Assembly (NCBI GenBank): GCA_035221665.1
Contig: CM069163.1
Location: 13,454,001 to 13,518,000 of the forward strand
From: Okamejei kenojei
Lineage: Eukaryota
Reading direction: 5' to 3'
Length of the DNA: 64,000 nt
Below the pieces are notes generated by a model. It searched no databases. It saw only the letters and a list, made by a program, of their open reading frames with translations, and had not been told where the DNA came from. Position numbers and translations under genes: made by a program. Positions 13,501 to 26,550 of the stretch are shown piece by piece. Within the stretch, counting starts at the first letter, position 1, and each line of letters begins with the position of its first letter.

Positions 13501-14464
13501 ACCATATAACCATATAACCATATAACAATTACAGCACGGAAACAGGCCCTCTCGGCCCTTCCAGTCCGTGCCGACCATTTGTTTTCCCCTAGTCCCATCT
13601 ACCTGCACTCAGACCATACCCCTCCATTCCCTTCACGTCCATATACCTATCCACTTTACTCTTAAATGTTAAAATCGATCCTGCCTCCACCACTTCTGCT
13701 GGAAGCTGATTCCACACAGCCACCACCCTCTGAGTAAAGAAGTTCCCCCTCACGTTACCCCGAAACCTCTGTCCCTTAATTCTCATGTCATGCCCTCTTG
13801 TTTGAATCTTCCCTACCCTCAATGGGAAAAACGTATCCACGTCAACTCTGTCTATCCCTTTCATCATTTTAAAGACCTCAATCAAGTCCCCCCCTTAACC
13901 TTCTGCGCTCCAAAGAATAAAGACCTAACTTGTTCAACCTTTCTCTGTAACATAGTTGCTGGAACCCTGGCAATATTCTAGTAAATCTCCTCTGTACTCT
14001 CTCTATTTTGTTGACATCCTTCCTATAACTAGGCGACCAAAATTACCACCATACTCCAGAATTGGTCTTACCAATGCCTTGTACAATTTTAACATTACTT
14101 CCCTACTCCTATATTCAATGCTCTGATTTATAAAGGCCAGCACACCAAAGGCTTTCTTTACCACCCTATCTACATGTGATTCCACCTTCAGGGAACTATG
14201 CACAGTTATTCCTAGATCCCTCTGTTCCACAGCATTCCTCAATTCCCTACCATTTACCATGTACGTCCTATTTTGATTTGTCCTGCCAAGATGTAGCACT
14301 TCACACTTATCAGCATTAAACTCCATCTGCCATCTTTCAGCCCACTTTTCCAAATGGCCCAAATCTCTCTGTAGACTTTGAAAATCTACTTCATTATCCA
14401 CAACACCACCTATCTTAGTATCATCTGCATACTTACTTATCCAATTTTCCACCCCATCATCCAA
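13501..14464 (-). mobile_element. CR1 (HER1-like) LINE 3' end, well preserved
   Basis: ISKYADDTKIGG RT motif, WQMEFN..KC, RTRGH-type and [10 protein letters not shown] segments; (ACCATATA)n tail at 13501-13524. Confidence 0.93.
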
Positions 14465-14929
14465 GGAAAAAAATGTGTACTGCTGCAGTTCTGATAGATT
14501 TTGTAAAATAACATGTAGAGTAATATAAAATGGCACCTTATTTTTAAATTAGGATTTTTTTGGACCTAAAAAAGAGCTTCGACCAAGGCCAAAAAATCAG
14601 CCATTTTTTTGCACAGTACATTTTAGAGCATATCTTACTGACATCTTATGTGTAAAAGATTTAACAACATTTTTACTCACCTTTTATGTCTTGATTGTAT
14701 GGGTAATTTATTTTTTCAACTTGACTTGGTCGATAAATTAGGATCTGTAGCAGGAGGTTGGACAATTGCTTTTGAACTACATTCATTCACATTTCCCAAA
14801 TTGTAAACTCCAATTTTGCAATTAAAAAATGGGCACTTTGAACTGCAAACAAAGTCATGGCACAAGATGAGATTTGCCTCATTGTTGGATCAGTGCTGTT
14901 GCCTCAACTTTTTATCCTTTAGTATGAAT

Positions 14930-15410
14930 GAGTTCAATGGATATTTATTGTCACATATGCAATTAAACATTACATAGTGAAATTCATTTTGCATATAATG
15001 TCGCCGCTGCCATGTTTGGCACCATTTCATCAAGGTCAAAATGCCTGCCTGTCCAAGCGTAGCCATGGTGTCCTCCACCACTGTCCGGTCCAAGTGCTTG
15101 GCCTCTGATCTTTGCCCGGTCCAGCCGAGCCCCACACTGCTGCAAGAACTTCTGCACTCCTCCATCGAGGCACTGCACTCCCTCCTGCAGCCAGTCTGCT
15201 TACTGGCCCTCCATCCGACTCCTTCCACTCTGGGCAGGCGAGCCGAGCCTTCTGGGCAGGTTCCAGTCTACGACGCGACTCCTCTGTCCGTGGCAGGGGA
15301 GTCGGGACGACCGGCCGGCTGGGTCCACCGTCCGCTGCGTGCAAGTCTCCGGCGAGCGAGCCGGGCCGGTCCTCAGTCTTCGGGCCGTGGCTCCTCGGGA
15401 TACTCCTGCT
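14930..15410 (-). mobile_element. Unclassified CpG-rich repeat with atgtgacaataaa-type 3' end
   Basis: tttattgtcacat at ~14944 (minus-strand tail); GC-rich body giving overlapping spurious ORFs. Confidence 0.45.
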
Positions 15411-18400
15411 CTTTATTAAATATAAAATATCAGTGTATCAGATTATCAGAAGCAATTCAGAGATTTACAAGACTAATAATTGGAATTGCTTTATTTTCGT
15501 ACGAGGACTGGCTAAGTGCGTGCAGGAATTTAGAAGAATGGACAAGGGCACAGGCAGAACTCATTTAGAGGATGATGACAGGATGGATGTGGGGTGGATG
15601 TTTCCTCTTAAGGGATCATCTAGAATTAGAGGCCAGTTTAAAAAAAATGTAGGGAAACACAAGAGGCTGTAGATGCTGGAATCTTGAGCAAAAAACAAAC
15701 TGCTGGAAGAACTCGATGGGTAGGACAGCATCTATGAAGGGAAATGAGTAGATGACATTTTGGGTTGGCACAAACATTAAAAAAACTGGTTCAGGGTTGG
15801 TTTTGCCTTGGTTTTATATCAGTGCTGTTGAATCAACTTTTTACAATAAACACTCCTGAGTCTCTTGATGTTTTCTGAGAGAATTAATGCGTCCTCAATG
15901 GACTAAATGTGCCTACAGACATCACAGGGTTAATATACATCAAGCAATGATTTGCCACTATTAAATGATGCCACAAGTCCAACATTTTGCCTGTTTGTCA
16001 GGCTTCGATAAACAAGAAAATGTGAAGATGGAACAGTATGATGCACAGAAGGATATTCATGGTGTTATATTCTTCACCTTGGCCTGGCTATGCCATTACT
16101 GTGTGGCAGATGATCCCATATAGACCCTGGTACATTGGAAACCATTAAATATTCTTTTGAAATTCTTTTAGCAAGTCTTAATAGTTACTTAGAAACTCTC
16201 TTCCATGTTTAAAGTACTAAACAAGCTCCATTTCTGCACGCCTCCAAAATTAAACATATTCACCCCTAAAGTGCTGATGGTTCTTGTAAGGTGTGTGCTG
16301 TTGCTATTCATTAATACATTTCTCGAAAGTCAAAAAAAAAGATATATTGATCGTGTCACCCATTTACATGTATCTGGTAATTATTTTCTGATTGAATAAC
16401 GCATATTTAAGTTAATTCCATTTCTTTCTCAAGAACGAGAGCCTAGAAATGTAATTTCCCTTTACCCTTAAAATAATAACTGCCGAATTTCCACCATGTT
16501 TCCTGGATTCATTTCAGTAGTGAACATATAACGAGGAACATCAAATTGAAAGATAATTAACTATACATGTAACTGGTTGTAATTCTGTACTATTTATGAA
16601 TGTTTCTATAATCCTCCCAAGGTGTTAGGTATATTTCTATAATCCTCCCAAGTGTTCGGGATGCCAAGAGATTGAAACCTAAAAATGTTTTCTGATTGTA
16701 TGCTTGATTTTGTTTCCAGAGATTTTAACTCAATAAAAATTATTGGTCGAATTTGGTGTTAGGTAGTACAATATGCACAAATATATTTTTGTCTTTTCTC
16801 TTAATTTAATTTTACTGATCTAATTTAACTGATCCAGTTAAAAAAAAAGGTTGCATGGAATGGTGTAACATCACATTCTGATCCAGATTCTTATGACATA
16901 ACCGAATGATACAAAAATCATAGCAGTGTCATTAGGTGAGTGGAGTAGATTGCAATGTCATTTGGAATAAAATAGCATTCTGTACTAGAACATTGTGAAT
17001 TGTTTTACTATGCCTGAACCATTGTTGTATCGGCAACTGTTGTATTAAATGACATAATTTGTTTCCTGATGGTTTGTATTCTAATAAGTTGTTTTTAAAA
17101 CTATTTTCATGAAAATTCATGTACACATTAAAATAATAATCTCCAGTTCAGAATTGGTATAAAGTAAAGAAGAATAATAGCAATTTTATGACACAGGAAG
17201 AAATCATTTGGTCCATTGTCAGTTGATTAAAATAGAGCTACTACAGTTAATGTCACTGTACAGCCCTGCAGTTTTGTTCCTTTTTCATATTTTCACAAAT
17301 AGAAATTCTACACATCCAGGTGAATGAGGTTCTTTAACAGACATTTGAAATGCATGCATTTGAAAAAAAAATGTTTCTGGTCTTTTCCTGTTTTTCATGT
17401 TTATGTAGTACATTTATTATTTTGCATGTCTCGTAATTCCAAAATGTCGCCTAGCTGCTGGTATGGAACAGGAATTGAGTATTATTATGCAAAGATATAT
17501 TCATTAAACCGGTTTGAGTAATTTGAATAGATTGATACATTTAGAAATTCTTGAACACGATTATTTTACTGAGCCATGTGTATAATTTTCTTTTTTGGGA
17601 GTAATTTTGTAGCTACTCAATTCTTGATTTATTTAAACTGCAACTTGTGTAAAATGAAGTAAATTCCTAGTTTATTGTCCCAACTGATTTGTTGGAAATT
17701 TATTGAGCATATGTCTGCATGCAAATAGTATCCATAAAGGTTCAAATTTCGGAGTATTGAGCATTGAGTGCCATTTGAGCATGCTCACTACAGTGAATTA
17801 AACCCTAATATGATGCTGTAGCATTTGATCACAATTCTTTGAAAATGAGGTAAACATTGATAATTTTGTGAAAGGGAAGGACTTGAATATTAATTTTGTA
17901 GTCATGTATTATTTTTATCATTCTTGATAATTATGCTGTTCAATAGCCCACTGGCATTCATGTCTTTCATCATGAAGGAAATTTTCTTTGTGTATGGATT
18001 TTTGTACAGGTCTACATAGACTGACATTTAAAGGAGTCCATTTTATGTAGATAATCACCATTTAGCATTTGACTGTTGTTTAGATGCTGTATTTATGAAA
18101 GGCGGTGAATGATTATGAATGTTGTGGAGCAAATGAACAACATTTCTTTTTACACATTTTTATGAATGAGGATTGATCACGTCTAAGGAATTTCATACAT
18201 TGACATATTTGATAATTGGTTATTACCACTGTAGTTCAGTGAGATGCTAACAAAATCTTGGCAGGTGGATTTTTTTAATCAAAGGCAAAGAATGTTAGAT
18301 TTAAAAGTATTTCAATGTTTTTAGTAAGTGATAATGAAATGGCTGTGATTGTGATGTAACTGCAATGTCTGGCCTGCAGAGCTTTCAATGTTGTACATTA

Positions 18401-21317
18401 GGGCGTGTTGGCATTTTAGAATGGAGAACATTTTCCTTTTGTTCATTTATTTGTCTTAATTTACAAATGCATGATAGTGCCGTATTTTATGTGACCGTAA
18501 GATTAAACCAATTTTTATCATTTTATTATTTTGAATTGCTCTTGTGTATTCAAAATGATTTGAGGTGATATTCGTTTGATTTTTTTAATATATTTTTTCT
18601 TTGTGATCATTATTCATGACAACATTTTGAAATTAAATGCTGTAGTAATGCTGGTATGTTATAAGGTTTTTGAAATTTGGGAAAGCCTTAGGGAAACCAC
18701 TTGGAAGACAAAGGGTTGAATTTTCTTTCATGGATTGAAAATTTGCTTGTTACACAAATGGAGAAAAGCACTCAATCTTACTCATTTAAAGCAGTGTTTT
18801 CAAAGCAGAAGAATATGTGCTGTTCTTCAGTTTAAATAGGAGTAAGCTATTGCCCTCTTTTAAGTATTGTAGTGGATTGGAAACTGTTGTTTCATACCTG
18901 GGATTTGGATAAACCAGAAATGTTCTTTGTATTTTTGATGCTCTCTTTATACGTGCAATACATTTGTACTATCCTTTCTGAAATTGATAACTCACTGAAA
19001 TAATGCAATTCCAATTTATTATTGGGCTAATGGCAGCGTACTTTTGGGAAAATTTAATGGAAGTGTTTTTAATTGTTTATAGGTTACCCATTAATAATGT
19101 GGTCTGTATGATATGATTTAAATCCTTGTTTGCTTTTAGTGCTAGTCAAGCCATCTTTTCAAAAATCTTTAGCCACTCTAATTTAATAACATTTTTAAAA
19201 AAAATCAGTTTTCTTTAAAAGGCTGTGACTGTTGACACCATTGACTTTGCACATATTCTTGGACAGTGAGTGCTGAGTGTGTGAATGTCACAATTGACCT
19301 AAATTCTGTCTTATTGACATGCACATGAAAGCTAGGAACCTCGGGTGATTTGTCTTTCCTTCTTTCCTTCTTGCCCAAGGGTAGTGAAGCCATTTCTATC
19401 AATCAGCTATTACCATTGGCTCCAAATAACAATTCAGGTGCTCTGTTAAAAAGTAGTTGAGGATAATTGGCTTTTCTCATAATTGCATAAATTAATTGTA
19501 TATTGAATGACTTTAGTCTAATTATTTTGTAGTAAAATTTATGAGAAGATAGTGATATTCAGACTGCATTTACTAGGGGTTACCCTACGAGACACAAAAT
19601 GGCTGAAGATTCAGACTGTTGTATTAAAATATATCATGTATAGCTTAAATGGGAAGTGGCCTCCAAGTTAATCTTTCATGAGTGGCTCTTTCATTGTCAA
19701 AGAAACCAGAAAATATTACAAAACCTTGGTCATATTGTGCTGCTAACAATCTTTGTCAGGCGAAACACTCGTTTCAGGTAACAATGTATTCACTTTTTTC
19801 TTGCTTTTAAACCCTATTTCGTTTGACAACAACACATTTATTTTCAAATGAATCTTACTCTTTTGTGAAGATTATGATTTTGCCTCAACGATATATGTTT
19901 AATTCTACTCTGTTATGTTGGAAAAAGGTTGTAAAAAGGTCTACCAACAGCTGATGCTGCCACTTTTTGTATTGTACATGAATGTTTTTAAAGAAAATAG
20001 TTCATTTTATTGATACGCTGCATTTGATTTGGGGGAAAAGTATATATAAAAGAATTCTATTAAAGCTTGGTAGTACAGTATCCAGCAGACATTGTAGAAT
20101 TTAATGCATCTATATTTTGCTTTAAACTTCGTAAGCAGTGGTTTAAACATTTAGAACTTGTGAATGGTGAATGTCTTTCAGTTGGTTCATTTTATATGCA
20201 ATTTCTATTTGGCTTAACTGAGGTGAAGCTTAATAAAATACCATTGTAGTTCCTCCCTTTGAATTGTACTTTGGTCATCTAGCTTTATTATATTATAATG
20301 AGTGGTGAACATTATTTCAATGTGTGAATTACTTTTTCCATTTTCAAATCTCCCTTTTATTATATTAATTAAAAACTATAAATAAAGATGAATGAATCAA
20401 ATAAGATTCCAGATAATAGGCGCATCTAAATGGCATTTCATCCAATCTTGACCAACTGACGTTTAGAGGCTGGGTGTATGTATTTATTTTCATACTGAAT
20501 TATTTGAGTCATATTACCATCAATCTGGGAGTAAGCATTCATCACACAAATGTCTTTGTTTCTCTCTACCTGGAGAAATTATCATATGTCTTGTTTGAAA
20601 TTTGGGATATTATGAAATGTTTAAACTTGCCAAGAGAAAATGTATTTTGTTTGTAGGATTCTGCTTTTGCAGTTTTGAAACATAAATCAAAATATGCATG
20701 TTATTTACCTTCATTTGACCAGTTTCATGAAATTTCATGTGAAGATTGTGAAGAGCTATAGCCCAGGGCCTGTTGTGGTAGTCGGCCACAAAATGGCAGA
20801 TAATTTGTGTTGCAAGGGAACGTGTTATGAAATGGTTGAATCTGCAGTGAAGTGCCTCTGTTAAGCATGCTCAGGTTATTGAATTATAGCCTATAGGGGG
20901 AGATGAAGAGTTGAAGCAGAAAACTGCCTTCAGTAACAACTGAGATTATTTGTCCAAAGAGAGGTATCAAAACGACCTGCAGAACTTCTATACAGGTAAT
21001 TTACCATCTGCTGCTTGTTCTGTTTACGCCTCAACCTTTCAAATGATATGCACAAGTAGTTTGTCACCAAAAACCTGTATTTTAGAACTCCTGAATTTTT
21101 AAAGACGAAAAATGATTTAGTAGTTTAGAGTACTTTGAACTCAGATTGAATAAATGTACAAATAACTGGTCAGTGAAGAAACTTTATATAAGTCTACTTT
21201 TTAATAATTAAATACATTCCTCCATATTCAATTGGGAAATATGTGGCATTGAAATTAGTTCGTTTTTAAGAAGTTGAGAATTGACTCTTTTTGTTTGAGA
21301 CAACAGAAGATACTTAT

Positions 21318-21706
21318 GATAGACATAAAATGCTGGAGTAACTCAGTGGGTCAGGCAGCATCTCTGGAGAAAATAGATAGGTGACGTTTTGGGTTGGGAC
21401 CCTTCTTCAGACTGATTGTGTGTGTGTGTGTGTGGGGGTGGGGGGACTGGAGGCAAAATCAGGGCTGGCAACGGATGACCTGGAAGGGAGGTTCTCTGAA
21501 AGGCTGATCGTTGGCTGAGGACAGTGATCATAACAGGGACACAGTTGTGAAGTGTGGAACTGGTGAACCGACCTTTAGTGGAGTAAGGGGAGGGGTGTTT
21601 GTAGAAGTTACCTAACATTTAGAGAATTCAACATTCATACCGCTAGGTTGTAAACGTCGCAAGCGAAATATAAGGTGCTATTCCTTCAATTTGCGCGTGG
21701 CCTCAT
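21318..21706 (-). mobile_element. Penelope-like element 3' fragment
   Basis: Minus strand reads EATRKLKE*HLIFRL..LQPSGMNVEFS, followed by a pseudo-LTR with CTGAAGAAGGGTCCCAACCCAAAACGTC. Confidence 0.85.
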
Positions 21707-22379
21707 TTAGTCGATACTTGTGGTTTTCCAGGATAAACAATTCTGAAGCTATATGCAGAGCACTATAGGGGTAAAGGAAGTCCCCTATTTAAAAAAACCC
21801 CCAGCAAATATGCTGCTATCGCCTGTTTTCCTAACTGGTGTAAAAGTTGCTATTTCATTAAATGTATCTAAATATGTATCTTGATATAATATTTGTATCT
21901 TGATCTTATATGTATCTTGATCTAGTGATACGTGTTCCCAACTCCTGACGTAAACGTTATTGTTGTTAACTGGTCTGTGGTATTCTGCATCTTCGGGTTG
22001 AAATTGCACGACTACAATATCTAGCTCGTGATGTATAATTTTATGTTGGCAATCCAGTGACATCACTGTACAATTTAAAATTAAAAAAGAATCTTATTAT
22101 TTTATTGAAGATTGTAGATGGGAGTATGGATTTATGTTTTATGTGTTATGTCTTAAAAGACATGTTGTGTGCAGTGTAGACCTAAAGTTTTTCTGTGGAA
22201 TTTTCTTAGTTAAACCAGTCAAAATATGTAAACTTGCAAAATACAGGTCATATTTTTTTAAGGTTTATCAAGCACTTGTATTTATTTATGCTTCTAGATC
22301 TTTTCTAGAAAACATATGGTATTGTTTTGTGAAAACTACAGGTAGATTTGGTGGAATGAGGAAAGTAATTGACATGGTT

Positions 22380-22842
22380 GTCAGCTGCTCTACATTGGTG
22401 AGACCAAGCGTAGGCTTGGCGATCGCTTCGCCGAACACCTCCGCTCTGTTCGCAATAACCAACCTGATCTCCCGGTGGCTCAGCACTTCAACTCCCCCTA
22501 CCATTCTGAATCCGACCTTTCTGTCCTGGGCCTCCTCCATGGCCAGAGTGAGGACCACCGTAAATTGGAGGAGTAGCACCTCATATTTTGCTTGGGCAGT
22601 TTGCACCCCAGCGGTATGATCATTGACTTCTCTATTTTTAGGTAGTCCTTACTCTCTTCTCCCCTTTCTCAGCTCTGCCTCAGCCCACTGGCTCCACCTC
22701 TTCCTGTCTTCTTCCCCCCCCGCCCCCAAAATAGTTTTTGACATCAGTCTGACGAAAGGTTTCGGCCTGAAAAATTGCCTATTTCCTTCGCTCCATAGAT
22801 GCTGCCTCACCCGCTGAGTTTCACCAGCATTTTTGTCAACCT
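22380..22842 (+). mobile_element. Penelope-like element 3' fragment (GIY-YIG endonuclease remnant plus pseudo-LTR with hammerhead core)
   Basis: 22382-22645 translates LLYIGETKRRLGDRFAEHLRS...PVAQHFNS...RKLEE*HLIFCLGSLHPSGM; CTGACGA-AAGG...CCT-GAAA at 22749-22772. Confidence 0.9.
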
Positions 22843-24696
22843 CTGGTAGTTATCTTGTTGGGAACCCATTTTGGAAGTCATTCTAAATTCACCATATGTT
22901 TCCCTTTTCTCACAGAAATGTTACGGGAGCATTTTTTAAGTAGTGTTCTATAGAGTGGATGTGAGCACATTTGATATCAGAAATTGAGTTTAAAAAAAAC
23001 TAAAATCCAAGGCACTTTATACTAAATTGTGTTCATTTCAAGTCACAAAAATAAGCCTGTTCAACCCATGTTTTCAAGATGCCACATTAACTTGTACATC
23101 AGGTTGTAAAGCTGTCTATGGGTTAATTTTGCTGCTTGATTCTTAATTAAATGTGGGGCATAGACTAATCCACTGTTCTTCATAAACAACATTCCTTATA
23201 TTTCTATTTTGGAATATAGTGCAATGTAATGGGCACTTGGGCATACTTATTGGATCAGTTACAAATATTTTGAGTGGTTTGGCAACTTGGCTGTAGTTAC
23301 AGTATCCAGTTGACTTTATGCATCTCAGTGTGGTAGCCAGTATTACCGTCACTTAGTTTGATTGCAGTGTGCATTGTTGCGAACTACATATACCAGTTTT
23401 CTCTAGTGCTAACGGAAGATTGTGACGTAACTGCAATGGTTTTATTGCATGATATTCTGTATAGAGTGTATACCACAGCTTGAGGCACTCATAAAAGGCT
23501 GATGAAGGAAATGTTTTAAGATGAAATGCCGTCACATCACCTTCTCACAGCTTTGACGAGCAGTCTAAGCAATGTGGTTTTTAAGCGTTCATTTACTAGT
23601 CGGAAGGAAATAATTAGAAGTATGTGGAGCTAACACAGCCTGAAAGTACTTGAGGGATTCTTTTATGGTGTTAATCTTTGATTTGCTGCTTTGATATTCT
23701 AGGGATTGTACTTTGCTAATTAGGAAAGTTATCTTGGTTAAAATAGTTATTATTAGATTAAATAACTAGGTTAAAATTGTTCGTCTTGTTGGATTCAAAG
23801 TTGAATTTGATTCATGTAACTGTTTTTCTACTGTCAGTTGATAGAATAATACTTGTGCATTGGATTTAATTATGTTGCTGCATTTTTTTTATTGTGCTCA
23901 AGTATAAATAATTGGGTTTTCTTCCTTCATTGTGTGCATTGAAGAATGATCATTGACATTTTAATGGGAACACTGTGAAGTGAGAAACCTTTGTCAGAGT
24001 TTCTAGTCCCCATGCAATATGGACAGACCCTTCTTCAAAGATGCCATGCAAACATTTACCCACAATTTCTTTTGAGTTGCTCCTTAGAATATTACATTAT
24101 GAAATGTAATTTATTCACTGATGTAATGTTACAGATTCCTAGCTTAAAATTTTTAATATACATTTTTGGAGCAGGGCTGAAAATTGCTTACAATGAGCTG
24201 ATTATTCAGTAATTCCCATAATAGATACGTTTAATATCTTTTAAAACATTTTGAATAACTGAAGTAGAGCATGAAAATTACAAAGATTAACTCTTCCAAA
24301 CCTGTTGAAATTTTAATTTGCATAATTCTGCTTTTTAAATTGAAGAAAAATAATTACCTAAACGGAATTTTTAAAAAAATTGACTTTGCGGTGATTAATA
24401 CCAATTAGGTAATGTTTTGTGGTCATAATTAATATGATTCTAACCTTATATGTAGAGAATGTTTTCTCTGCCTGAGTAGAAATAGGATATTTAAGATGAA
24501 ATGATTGTTCACTTAGATGGGTTCAATCTTTGGAAAACTCTACTCTAATGGGCTCTTCTCAAAACAGAGAACAAAGACTCCTGTGTATTGGAGGAATCCA
24601 GGGATATGTGGTTATGATAGGAAAATGATCTTTAAGATTGAAGAGAGCAGGATATACACAATGAATGCTCTGAGAAACAAAGGATGAGATTGCTGA

Positions 24697-24857
24697 AGAT
24701 AGACACAAAAAACTGAGTAACTCAGTGGGTAAGACAGCATCTCTGGAGAAAGGAATGGGTGATGTTTCGGGTCGGGACCCTTTTGACCCACTGAGTTACT
24801 CTAGCTTTTTGTGTCTCTCTTCGGTTTAAACCAGCATCTGCCGTTCCTTCCCACACA
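24697..24857. mobile_element. Fold-back Penelope pseudo-LTR mini-insertion
   Basis: 13-bp TSD atgagattgctga (24684-24696 / 24858-24870); inverted gagtaactcagtggg / cccactgagttactc. Confidence 0.8.
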
Positions 24858-24889
24858 ATGAGATTGCTGATGTCTAGATGAAGATTTGT

Positions 24890-25540
24890 ACATGGTAGCC
24901 AAAACAAAATCATGCTCATTCTTCCTAATCAGTCTCTGTCTTTTCAAATGAACATATATCTTCTCCCTTAGAATTTTCACCAAAATTGGTCCAGCTATTA
25001 ATGTAAGGCACACGAGCTTGCAATTACTTGGCTTATCCAAGCTTCCCCTAAGTAAAGGAACAGCATTAACTATCGTCTGGTCTTTTGGTGCCATGCCTGA
25101 GGTTAATGAAGATGCAATAATCTTCATCTGGACATCAGCAATCTCATCCCTTGTATCGCAGAGCATTCTGGCATAGATCTTATCCTGGTGGAGTACTACC
25201 CTCATCTCTTGTAGGACACTATATTTTGTCTCCAAAAACTTTATTCAATGCACTTAACAAATCTCAGCCTCTTGCACAAAGGCCATCCCAGTTTTTATTC
25301 AGAAAGCTTAAACTCCTCACACTCTTGCTCGTGTAATTTAACTACAAAGTCTATTCCTCTAATTCCTGCATATTATTGCGAGGCCTAATGTATAACAGCA
25401 GCAAAATGATTGCCCCTCTCTTATTCCTGAGTTTAATACATTTAGCCTTGTTGGACAATCCCTTCATGATGTCCTCTCTATTTCTGTTGTGATGCTCTCC
25501 TGTGTAACCCATTCACCAAGCTAATGTTTAGTGGAAACTA
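24890..25540 (-). mobile_element. Degraded CR1 fragments
   Basis: ORF 24801-25235 with P.D....N.VPL..G..DKP.N..LV.LT remnant. Confidence 0.65.
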
Positions 25541-25879
25541 TTTGTAATTTGGGGAGGTGTAAACAGCAGTGCAACTCCCCCTCTTTAGCATCCTCCTCAC
25601 TCCTGAAGCTTTTACGGGTTGTCGATGGTCAGCACTGGGCCAAAAGGGCCTGCTTCCATTCTGTATCAGTCAATCAATCAATTAATCAATTATGCAGTTC
25701 AACAATTCTGATCTGCAGAAAATATGTATTTCATGGATATAGAGATATATTAGTAATGCATCCATGTACTCCAGGTGTTATGATTTCCTGCCAAAATGTT
25801 TTCCTTATTTATGGTTTAATTTGTTAAAGACACTCACTGAGACAAAGTATTTGAAGTCTGGGAAAGTGTAAACACTAGA

Positions 25880-26082
25880 TGGTAGGGCGGTGAAGGTGGG
25901 TTCTCTGGATGCTTTCAAGAGAGAGCTAGATAGGGCTCTTAAAAATAGCGGAGTCGGGGGATATGGGGAGAAGGCAGGAACGGGGTACTTATTGGGGATG
26001 ATCAGCCATGATCACATTGAATGGCGGTGCTAGCTCGAAGGGCCGAATGGCCTACTCCTGCACCTATTGTCTAGTGTCTATT
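25880..26082 (+). mobile_element. CR1 3' end
   Basis: ggatatggggagaaggcagg...gggccgaatggcctactcctgc 3' UTR with ctattgtcta tail. Confidence 0.8.
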
Positions 26083-26465
26083 TTCTTCTGTCTGCATGCC
26101 TGATAATTGACCTTGTGTAAGAAATGATATAAGCAAGTTGAATAGCTGATACGAAAGTCATTTGGCAAAACGTCAAGAAACGTACGTAGAAACAAGTCTG
26201 AAGTCTGAGGGAAGGTCTTGACCCGAAATATCACATATTGATGTTCTCCAGAGATGCTGGCTGACCCACTGATTTACTCCCAGCACTTTTTGTCTTTTTG
26301 TGTATAAGAAATACATGTTAGTTTCTACAAATTGGAAGTATGTACTTGATCTAAATATAAGAATATTACATAGAATTAAAAATCTGTCACTTCAATCTAT
26401 TTTAGAACTGAGTATACAATCTGCAAGTAAATGTATAGACTCTTCCATTTCCATTTGTATTTCAG

Positions 26466-26550
26466 TCTGTAGGCATGACTGGGGCAGACACAGCCATAGA
26501 AGACGGGAAACGGGAAGTAGCAAAGGAATCATCCACTACTGAAGACAAAG
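26466..26550 (+). CDS. EHMT1: EHMT1 exon 2 ([29 protein letters not shown]), phase 0-1
   Basis: Polypyrimidine tract and ttcag acceptor at 26465, AAG|gtgaac donor; end phase matches exon 3. The peptide is poorly conserved, so the call rests on position and phase. Alternative AG at 26472. Confidence 0.7.

Noticed and set aside
14890-15672. Overlapping 100-186 aa ORFs on both strands
   Set aside because: GC-rich repeat with few stop codons; no recognisable domain or splice context.
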